This document shows, piece after piece, positions 36,201-42,333 of a DNA stretch of 42,333 bases (positions are counted from its first letter, which is position 1; every line of letters starts with the position of its first letter). Location: NCBI GenBank assembly GCA_945859975.1, contig CAMAPH010000023.1, positions 1-42,333 on the forward strand, written 5' to 3'. Source of the DNA: Chthonomonas calidirosea (GTDB lineage: Bacteria; Armatimonadota; Fimbriimonadia; Fimbriimonadales; Fimbriimonadaceae). The position numbers were made by a program, and so were the translations under genes. The notes below the pieces were generated by a model. The model was not told the DNA's origin. It ran no database searches and worked only from the letters and a program-made list of their open reading frames with translations.

Positions 36201-38260
36201 CGGCGTTGGCGGCAAGCGGCGCCCGCGTCGTAGTGCTGGAGCAATCGTCGCCGTTGCGTTTCCAAGGTCTTCCGGTCCCCATCAAGTCCCAAACGAACCA
36301 GGGAGCGTTTAGCTTTTTGGAGCGGCCAGAGCATCTTGCCCTAAAGGGCCTCGTGGACGGAGATTTCTGGGCTTGGCCGGGCGACATTAGCTTCAAGAAT
36401 GCCTATGAGAAGCCTACTAAAGGAGCTAAGAGTTTGGTCCAATGCCATTCACGGTTGAATTCAAGTGCCCTCTTAGAAGTGCCCGTCGGCCCTGGCGTCA
36501 TGCTGCTGAGCCAGCTTCAGGTTGGGACCAAGCTCGCCGAAACCCCGGTGGCGCGACATTTGTTGCTCAACCTCCTGAATTACACCGCTAGCTACAAGCT
36601 CTCCGAGCGCCCCGTCGCGATGGTGGCAAGCCCTAACTCGCAACTGAGCTTTGTTCTGGCAGAGATTGGAATTGCCACCAGCCCAGAACCGCTGGCGCAA
36701 GCAATCGCCAAGCCACAAATTGTCGTGGTGCAAGCTAGCCCAGCAAACCTTCAGGCCCTCGCTGATCAGAAACCTGCTCTGGACAAGTTCTTCGCCTCCG
36801 GAGGAGACCTCGTACTAAACGGACTTGAGGAAGATGGCTTGGCGAGTTACAACAAATTCGTTGGCGTTGACCATGGGATTCGGCCATTCCGGCGAGAGCG
36901 CACCGCCCTTCTGGCTCCGAAGCATCCTTTGACTGCTGGCCTCAGCCAGGGCGACGCGGTGATGATGTCCAACCAGCGGCTCTTTGAATGGACGCAGGAC
37001 ATGTACATTGCGGACGACATCTTCACGGCCGTGGTCGATACCAACGATGTGGCTCCATTCGCAAAGCTACCCAACGACTATCTGTACAACACGGTGAACG
37101 GGATGGTGAGTGCGGACGGGTGGAAGTACATCTTCTCGTTTGATCTCAACAATCAGAAGCCGGAGTACGAAATGGAGTTTGCGAAGTCGTACACCTTCCG
37201 CGAGATGGAGTGGGTCGGTAACGGCTTCTATCACCTCGTCACCAAATTGGAGCTCGATTTCGACGGCAAGGAGAAGCTTGTGTTGAACGTCAAGCCAAGT
37301 TCCGAGCCGCAGATCCTTGACCTTGCCGGGAAGTCTGGGAAGAAAGTGACGTTGCGGATTCTCGAGTGGCAGCAGGTGCCATCGGGTGGGCAGAACGTGG
37401 TCGGGATCGACAATATTCGGCTGAAAGTAGACCGCGCCCCCGAGTGGCGCGGCGTTCAACCGTTGATGAACATCGGCGGAATGGTCCGCTATCCGCGTGG
37501 GAAAGGCGGCATCACGCTGTTGAACTTCAACTTCCAGGCGAATGAGGCGGTACCGGAGAATGCCGGGAAGAAGCGGCGTTTGTTTGCCGGCGTCTTGCGA
37601 AATCTGGAGGCGAAGTTTAGCGGCGGAAACCTGCTGGTCGCCGGAGCCACCACGAACCAGTATCGGTCCGTGGATCTGAGCAAGGTCGCTAATCAGTACC
37701 GGAATGAGCGTGGATGGTTTGGCGACAAGAGCCATACGATGAAGGACCTTCCTTTCGGAGCGCAGACTTTCGCGAACGTGCCGTTTGACGTTTATGAGTT
37801 CAAAACATCGCCAGCGCCGAACTGCGTAATGCTAGGCGAAGATGGGGTGCCCGGGAATTTGCCGGAGAAAGTTGAGATCCCGATCAACCAGCTTGCATCC
37901 GGATTGTTCTTCTTGCAGACCGCACGCCTAGATCGGCGTCGAACCGAGCCGGAGCTTGCGGAAGGGAAGGGATTCGAATTTGCGGCTTATGTTGTCACCT
38001 ACACGGACGGGTCCACCGTTCGCGTCCCGATCCGTGGTCAACTCGAGGTGGACGATTTCCGAACAGAAGTTCCGAAGCCGCTCCCTGGAGCGGTGGTCGG
38101 TTGGTCCGGCAAAGACAGCAGTTCCGGCAAGCCGAGCACGGCGTACATGATGACGTGGACTAACCCGAAGCCAGCAATCGCGATTCGCAGTGTGACGCTG
38201 ACCTACGGGCCAGATCGGTTCGGAGTTCCGGTGTTACTCGCGCTAACGCTAGCACGTTAA
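33299..38260 (+). CDS. Large secreted multidomain glycoside hydrolase, GH2-like
   Basis: GH2 sugar-binding region (WYRTQVNVP, VLVNG, IKPGKNEV.V), PKLWWPDEPNLYRL, FGFRE and RNHPSIHLWSLENE (acid/base NE), followed by about 900 aa of accessory domains. Confidence 0.8.
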   Translation: MLLALLATVVVQTPEIAWIEGEKPLATNMPVVSGAPGNKERLSGESWLQVVAEADQVQKVVPVGGALVTYDFPISAAGSREVWARIGYEFARAPFEWRIDSGPWTKVSPDEVTTDAVPLADWNEVAWLKLTTTPVLMGTHKIDFRIPRNLNDKGEPQRTLFALDAVVVAPKFEPFGKFKPGQAWQSDKDRQAAQNVFQLPATGTVRPSVKLEGLWEIARHDEVAPPFDIAVPIPDLPKDPKWTAIPVPSDRNVSRPDLTLAHRIWYRTQVNVPAELAGRGFQLKFGQNNLNTTVLVNGRLCGFEKNPHVAFKIDVSNSIKPGKNEVLVGIRDPWYGFSTNPKDPLKLRRMFTLPVSFTKNGFLDLAYPVWGAFQSGILDAPVLEATGPVYANDVFVKPSVEKKQIAVDVNVVNPRGLPETVLLEASAIDAKTGEVAMSFMPASGTVGVGNAKFSFGTTWEDPKLWWPDEPNLYRLRLKITTSRGVDISETSFGFREWQAKGNQFTLNGIPWNGWAELVDGRSKEEFLANYRARGQRFFRMMGTTQNGGTRWQGMPFSEALDWCDSNGLIVRRSGILDGETIGYMAVENDPALRGIYNSRIKMQLINNWKDQMVAQVKAERNHPSIHLWSLENEFLYINCINLYGDLMDEFEREVGKVGTVVGQTDPTRTWMVDGGGAAKNNSYPVHGDHYVYTNEPNDYPGLAYRDNPDGGGRGRWKYDNLRPRYAGEDFFATGINPADYAWISGEEAFGGKTSAHRGIALVQRMLTEGYRWSGNMAYTHLWLGDEGSKFGKHISNADRAAFVREYDSTFASGSKLRRTVGVFNDSRQVEPLTLKVELVSAGKSVVQKSVPVSVQPGSKTVVPVELELPKVAARWDGELAISLTGKSGVVFADKKRASILPEPIAAALSQGRGLLVVDPKGSVSKYLRSLGVPFTEAASVATIPDTSRWVLVGPDAVDEASSVQPKLAALAASGARVVVLEQSSPLRFQGLPVPIKSQTNQGAFSFLERPEHLALKGLVDGDFWAWPGDISFKNAYEKPTKGAKSLVQCHSRLNSSALLEVPVGPGVMLLSQLQVGTKLAETPVARHLLLNLLNYTASYKLSERPVAMVASPNSQLSFVLAEIGIATSPEPLAQAIAKPQIVVVQASPANLQALADQKPALDKFFASGGDLVLNGLEEDGLASYNKFVGVDHGIRPFRRERTALLAPKHPLTAGLSQGDAVMMSNQRLFEWTQDMYIADDIFTAVVDTNDVAPFAKLPNDYLYNTVNGMVSADGWKYIFSFDLNNQKPEYEMEFAKSYTFREMEWVGNGFYHLVTKLELDFDGKEKLVLNVKPSSEPQILDLAGKSGKKVTLRILEWQQVPSGGQNVVGIDNIRLKVDRAPEWRGVQPLMNIGGMVRYPRGKGGITLLNFNFQANEAVPENAGKKRRLFAGVLRNLEAKFSGGNLLVAGATTNQYRSVDLSKVANQYRNERGWFGDKSHTMKDLPFGAQTFANVPFDVYEFKTSPAPNCVMLGEDGVPGNLPEKVEIPINQLASGLFFLQTARLDRRRTEPELAEGKGFEFAAYVVTYTDGSTVRVPIRGQLEVDDFRTEVPKPLPGAVVGWSGKDSSSGKPSTAYMMTWTNPKPAIAIRSVTLTYGPDRFGVPVLLALTLAR

Positions 38261-38835
38261 AAGACTTTCTTTGGGCTGTTGCGGAGTCGAATGTCGGTCG
38301 TCTGCGTGCTCGTCAGTCCGCCGCGGGTGATCGTCCCGGTCACGCGGACGCCAGCGATTTCCTTCAGCGTCGCGCCCGTGACGCTGCTGCTCCAGGTCGT
38401 CGGGTTCGAGGTTGAGTTGTAGGTCGCACCGGTAATGGTGTAGTACTTGAACACCAACGCGGTCACGTCTGGTATCGAAAGGCTGGGGGTGGTGCTTGAT
38501 CCTTCCAGTCGTTGGAATTCGGTACCCGTAAGCTTAAACGTGCGCTGCGTTCCGCTGGAGGCAACGTAAACGACCATCGAGTTTGCTGCGGCCGAGTGGA
38601 CCGCAGAGTCGGTGGTGCAGCCGCTGGTGGCGGTGCAAAGCACGGCATCCTTCACGTCATCGGCAATGATCGTCACGAGGCGAAGCGCGTCTTCTTGAAC
38701 CGGCGGAAGATTCGTTGCCGTTTTCTGCGCGGAGCCAAGACTCAAAAATCCCTGAAAGGCGATCGACGAAAGAATCGCCAAGATGGCGACCGTCACAAGA
38801 AGCTCAATGAGCGACATTCCGCGAACGCGCTTCAT
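38257..38835 (-). CDS. Prepilin-type minor pilin/pseudopilin (PilW/GspJ-like), cassette copy A
   Basis: KRVRG|MSLIELLVTVAILAILSSIAF prepilin leader with E5, Cys pair C-TATSG-C, and C-terminal TDIRLRN. Confidence 0.82.
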   Translation of the reverse strand: MKRVRGMSLIELLVTVAILAILSSIAFQGFLSLGSAQKTATNLPPVQEDALRLVTIIADDVKDAVLCTATSGCTTDSAVHSAAANSMVVYVASSGTQRTFKLTGTEFQRLEGSSTTPSLSIPDVTALVFKYYTITGATYNSTSNPTTWSSSVTGATLKEIAGVRVTGTITRGGLTSTQTTDIRLRNSPKKVF

Positions 38836-39299
38836 CAGAGGCCGTCCTTGGCTAGAACGGTCCCGAGGACAAGAACCACGGTGTTGTTGCTCGTATCCTT
38901 TATGGTCGTTGTGATGGTTCGCTTCGAAACCGTGCTGAGTGTGTATGTTGTGCCGGAGATGGTGATCGGAGCATCAACGATCTTTCGCTGCAAGCTGAGG
39001 TAAGCCCCGGTAGAGTTGCCCAACGCGACTCCATTTTTGTCGAAGTATTCGACCGCGCCATTGTGAGTGGCGCTGAGTGAGTTGCCGGCGATGGTGCCGA
39101 GGGGGAGGTTGGCAAAGCCAACAATCTTGGCGCGTTCAACGTCGGCGCGGGCGATCTGCGAAGCGACCGAGGTTTTGTACTGGGCTACGGAAAGTTGCAT
39201 TCCGTAGACCCAAGCATTCGCACCAACGACGAGAACCATGACAACGATGAGGCTGGAAATCAGCAGCTCAATTAACGATACGCCGCGCTGTCGGTTCAT
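38835..39299 (-). CDS. Prepilin-type minor pilin (PilV/GspI-like), cassette copy A
   Basis: MNRQRG|VSLIELLISSLIVVMVL and ASQIARADVERAK..GF..L. Likely start ATG 39299. The stop overlaps the next start (TGATG). Confidence 0.8.
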   Translation of the reverse strand: MNRQRGVSLIELLISSLIVVMVLVVGANAWVYGMQLSVAQYKTSVASQIARADVERAKIVGFANLPLGTIAGNSLSATHNGAVEYFDKNGVALGNSTGAYLSLQRKIVDAPITISGTTYTLSTVSKRTITTTIKDTSNNTVVLVLGTVLAKDGL

Positions 39300-39318
39300 C
39301 TTTTCGATCCTGTTGCGC

Positions 39319-40620
39319 TTACGAAGCGTTGTAGCTACCGGTGAAGCCAACCGTTCCAGAAGCATTTGAGCCTGGAGTTGACGATCCGCCGGCCAAGGAA
39401 CCTTCGAACTTAAATCCGGTGAAGTGAAGCTCAGGCGCTCCGTAGTTTCGCCAGTTGTTCACGATCATGTTGCCCTGGATGTTGTTGTACTGGTTGACTC
39501 GAGCGTGAACCGCCAGCATCATGCCGGTGAAGGCTCGGTTCTTAACCGTGATGGTGTCGGTGCAGACGAAGTTCCAGCAAAGTCGATTCTTGAAAGGAGC
39601 GTTAACCGTCCAGCCCCAGTCAACCGTTGGTCCGACAACGTTAACCACGACGGTGTCGTCCTTGGTCATGTTGTTGAAGTTGATCGTCTTGAGTGCTTTG
39701 ACGTCGGTAGCATTCACCCAGAACACTCGTAGATTGCCGTTCAGCGTGTTCGCGCTGACGTCAACGTTGATGTTGTTTGGATCTGAAACGTTGATGCGCA
39801 GATCGTTGGTCGTTTCGAGCGTTTCGCTTCGGCTCGTCCAAAGCGACTGCTGCGTGCCGACCCAGGACTCGTCCATCGTCTTATAGAGCTTGCCGTTTCC
39901 GAGCATCTGGAGCGAACCAGCGATGCTTCCCGAAACGTATGCGTCATAGCCGTTAAAGACCTTCTTGACGTTACCGTTCTTGGTGAGGTTTCCGCACATC
40001 CAGAGGCCGATGTTGCCAATGGTGTTGACCTTTCCGGGGGTCGTGTGCTGGTTGATTTCGTAGGGTCCCTGCCAGGTACCGCAGACCGCGACTGGGCCTT
40101 CGCTGTGTCCACCCTCAGTTGTCGCCGAGTTAAAGACAAGAGCGTTGAAGTCGCTGCCGCTGGTTCCGGTTGGTGTGCCAGCAGCAATCTTAACTTCCAT
40201 CGAAGCCTTTCGGATTGCTCCACCGACGACGGCTGTGGAGTTCAGGTAGACCGGACCGGTCCCTGTCCAAGGTGTGGTTCCGTATGGCGTGGTTGAAGCA
40301 TAGACCCAGAAGTCACCGTTCGTGCCAGCAACCGAGCCTTTGCGTCCGGCGTAGGGCTGACCGCTGAGCTTGGTTGGGGCGGTTACCCAGGTCGATGCCG
40401 TTCCGGTGGTGGTTTTCGTGGAGATCAGGGCGAGCTCGTCGTTCAAACCGGCTTCTGCAATGAGCAGGGCGGCCTCCGAGTTAGCGCGGGTCACGCTCAG
40501 GCTGTAGTGCGATCCCGCCGTGGTGAGCGAGCCGACCACGAGGGCGGATCCGATTGCCGACATGATGAGTACTGCCGGGAGTACGGAACCCTTCTGATTA
40601 AAATTTAGCCCAACCTTCAT
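39319..40620 (-). CDS. PilX-like minor pilin fused to a choice-of-anchor A (putative adhesin) domain, cassette copy A
   Basis: NQKG|SVLPAVLIMSAI (no E5) and AALLIAEAGL, typical of the PilX N-terminus. DFNALVF...HSEGPVAV.G, TVVVNV.G, LCWNF, FTGMMLA, IQGNMI and ELH resemble choice-of-anchor A. Confidence 0.72.
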   Translation of the reverse strand: MKVGLNFNQKGSVLPAVLIMSAIGSALVVGSLTTAGSHYSLSVTRANSEAALLIAEAGLNDELALISTKTTTGTASTWVTAPTKLSGQPYAGRKGSVAGTNGDFWVYASTTPYGTTPWTGTGPVYLNSTAVVGGAIRKASMEVKIAAGTPTGTSGSDFNALVFNSATTEGGHSEGPVAVCGTWQGPYEINQHTTPGKVNTIGNIGLWMCGNLTKNGNVKKVFNGYDAYVSGSIAGSLQMLGNGKLYKTMDESWVGTQQSLWTSRSETLETTNDLRINVSDPNNINVDVSANTLNGNLRVFWVNATDVKALKTINFNNMTKDDTVVVNVVGPTVDWGWTVNAPFKNRLCWNFVCTDTITVKNRAFTGMMLAVHARVNQYNNIQGNMIVNNWRNYGAPELHFTGFKFEGSLAGGSSTPGSNASGTVGFTGSYNAS

Positions 40621-40776
40621 GAATATTCTTCAACCCTGTTACGGGAATGTAAGAAGTATTCACCCAAGAGTGGCCAAAAGGAACCCTTTGACTGCCCTGT
40701 TAATGTGTGACGCCCGAATCAGTTAAACGCCAAACTATGTACTTTTGAACCTGCGATTGCGCGAGAAGGACGAAAT

Positions 40777-41352
40777 TTACGGGGTGTGAGGACTGTTCCT
40801 CAAGCGTAAGTCGGTGGTCTGCGTGCTCGAAAGCCCGCCGCGCGTAATGGTCACCGTTACTCGGACTGCGGCGATGGTGGTCAGCGATCCGCTCGCAATC
40901 GAGGTGGACCACGTTGTCGGAGCACTTGTGGCGTTGTAGACGCCACCGCTGATCGTGTAGTACTTGAACGAAAGTGAGGAAACGTCGGGAATCGTCAAAC
41001 TCGGCGTTGTTGAGGTCCCTTCGAGCCGCTGGAACGTCGTGCCGCTAAGCTTATAGGTCCGGCGCGTGCCCGCCGCGTCGACATACAGGGCAACCGCATC
41101 GGTAGCGGCCGAGTGGATCGCGGAGTTGGTGGTGCATCCGGTTGTGGCCGTGCAGATCACGGCATCTTTAAGGTCATCCGTGACCATGGTGAGCAGGCGC
41201 AGGGCGTCCTCTTGGACCGGCGGGAGATTTGTTGCGGTCTTCTGGGCCGCGCCTATGACGAGGAAACCTTGAAAGGCAATGGCGCTCAGGATCGTGAGCA
41301 CCATCATGGTGGCTAACAATTCCACAACGGTGAATGCCCGTCGGATCCTCAC
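40777..41352 (-). CDS. Prepilin-type minor pilin (PilW/GspJ-like), cassette copy B
   Basis: RIRRA|FTVVELLATMMVL. Clear paralog of 38257..38835, sharing AQKTATNLPPVQEDALRL, FQRLEG and TITRGGL.STQTTD.RLRNSP. Confidence 0.82.
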   Translation of the reverse strand: MRIRRAFTVVELLATMMVLTILSAIAFQGFLVIGAAQKTATNLPPVQEDALRLLTMVTDDLKDAVICTATTGCTTNSAIHSAATDAVALYVDAAGTRRTYKLSGTTFQRLEGTSTTPSLTIPDVSSLSFKYYTISGGVYNATSAPTTWSTSIASGSLTTIAAVRVTVTITRGGLSSTQTTDLRLRNSPHTP

Positions 41353-41813
41353 ATTCCACCCTTCGCAAGTTCGGTGCCCATCACGAGGATCACCGAGTTG
41401 TTGTTTGCATCCTTCACCGTCGTCGTAATGGTTCGGGTGCTCAAGTTCGAAAGTGTGTAGGTGCCGCTTGCAACCGTTATTGGCGAATCCACGACTTTCC
41501 GTTGCAAGGTGAGCGATGCTCCCGTTGAGTTTCCTAAAGCAACGCCGTTCTTGTCGTAGTACTCGACGGCACCATTAAAGACGGCAGAAGTGTTTCCGGT
41601 CTGGATGGTTCCTAGCGGCAAGTTTGCAAAGCCGACCACTTTTGCCCGCTCAATGTCCGAGCGACAAATCTGCGCAGCAATAGATGTCTTGTACTGGGCC
41701 ACGGATAGCTTCATGCCGTAGACCCACGAATTGGCCCCTACGATTAGCACCATGACGATGATGATCGAAGAGATCATCAGTTCGACAAGAGTAACGCCAC
41801 GAAGTTTGTTCAT
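41349..41813 (-). CDS. Prepilin-type minor pilin (PilV/GspI-like), cassette copy B
   Basis: MNKLRG|VTLVELMISSIIIVMVL. Paralog of 38835..39299, sharing LSVAQYKTS, GFANLPLGTI and DKNGVALGNSTGA. Likely start ATG 41813. Confidence 0.8.
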   Translation of the reverse strand: MNKLRGVTLVELMISSIIIVMVLIVGANSWVYGMKLSVAQYKTSIAAQICRSDIERAKVVGFANLPLGTIQTGNTSAVFNGAVEYYDKNGVALGNSTGASLTLQRKVVDSPITVASGTYTLSNLSTRTITTTVKDANNNSVILVMGTELAKGGM

Positions 41814-41823
41814 GGGTGAAGCC

Positions 41824-42333
41824 TCAGCTCGCGTTGTAGCTGCCTTCGAACGTGACCGCCGTACCAGCCGCTCCGCTAGCGCCGCTACCGCTGCCACCGC
41901 CGCTGCCCGTTCCGATGGAACCGGCAAACTTGAAACCGGTGAAGTGCAGTTCGGGAGCACCGTAGTTCATCCAGTTGTTGCAAATCATGTTGCCCTGAAT
42001 GTTGTTGTACTGCTTCACTTGAGCGTGAACGGCTAGCATCATGCCGGTGAAAGCACGATTCTTGACGGTGATGGCATCCGTACAAACGAAGTTCCAGCAG
42101 ATTCGGTTCTTGTAAGGAGCGTTGACGGTCCAACCCCAGTCAACCGTAGGACCGATGACGTTAACAATGACCGTGTCGGTCGCGGCCATGTTGTTGAAGT
42201 TGATCGTTTTCAGCGGCTTGACGTCCGTTGCATTCACCCAGAACACGCGCGTGCTTCCGTTGAGCGTGTTGCTGGAAACGTTCACGTTGATGTTGTTCAT
42301 GTCCGAACAGTCAATGCGCTGATCGTTCATGAC
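41824..42333 (-). CDS. Choice-of-anchor A domain protein (PilX-like), cassette copy B, 5' part outside the window
   Basis: Open to the window edge. Closely matches the C-terminal half of 39319..40620 (RVFWVNATDVK, GPTVDWGWTVNAP, NRAFTGMMLAVHA, NYGAPELHFTGFKF, GSYNAS). Confidence 0.8.
   Translation of the reverse strand, partial: VMNDQRIDCSDMNNINVNVSSNTLNGSTRVFWVNATDVKPLKTINFNNMAATDTVIVNVIGPTVDWGWTVNAPYKNRICWNFVCTDAITVKNRAFTGMMLAVHAQVKQYNNIQGNMICNNWMNYGAPELHFTGFKFAGSIGTGSGGGSGSGASGAAGTAVTFEGSYNAS

Larger units (their letters stand above)
38257..42333 (-). repeat. Diverged tandem duplication of the three-gene minor-pilin cassette (period about 2.5 kb)
   Basis: Copy A (38257-40620) and copy B (40777 to the window edge) have the same gene order and long identical peptide and nucleotide stretches. 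Confidence 0.9.

Noticed and set aside
41814..41960. N-terminal extension of the PilV-like ORF and the GCC/ACC-rich short repeats there (likewise 39300-39365)
   Set aside because: This is an alternative frame of the Gly/Ser linker of the upstream gene. The prepilin leaders fix the starts at 41813 and 39299, and it is not a separate repeat element.
38257..42333. Duplicated cassette as a diversity-generating retroelement, shufflon or assembly artefact
   Set aside because: No reverse transcriptase or invertase is in view. The copies are direct repeats with differences spread throughout, including many synonymous changes, which fits an older gene duplication.
1..42333. CRISPR array, rRNA, riboswitch or intact transposase
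   Set aside because: No regularly spaced direct repeats, rRNA-like stretches, recognisable riboswitch cores or transposase ORFs were seen by eye. An Infernal/Rfam scan would be needed to exclude small RNAs.

Overview
A gene-dense, GC-rich bacterial chromosomal segment. The Lpt genes indicate a diderm. The gene content, short uncharged signal peptides and many prepilin-type genes suggest Armatimonadota/Fimbriimonadaceae, which is an inference. Core genes are the rlmN-lptC-lptA-lptB operon, HtrA, a Ycf45/SpoIIIAA-type ATPase operon, purM, tRNA-Lys(TTT), tRNA-Gln(TTG), an M24 peptidase and icd. Between the two convergent tRNAs lies a ~10.6 kb accessory block: a GmrSD-like DUF262/DUF1524 nuclease, an orphan MNT nucleotidyltransferase, two alpha/beta hydrolases with a CGNR/ABATE regulator, and a GH52-LacI-GH51 arabinoxylan locus. 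The two best candidates for undescribed systems are (1) a coupled DUF350 / transglutaminase-like enzyme / pentameric ligand-gated ion channel operon and (2) a tandemly duplicated three-gene minor-pilin cassette whose PilX-like subunit carries an inserted choice-of-anchor-A adhesin domain. Non-coding and lineage-level signals include twin AACC-N19-GGTTA boxes next to the CGNR regulator, a recurring leaderless-type promoter layout, a symmetric bidirectional purM/tRNA promoter, and strong CGA-Arg preference in a large surface protein. No CRISPR array, rRNA, integrase or intact transposase was seen. All family calls come from motif recognition by eye, not from database searches.
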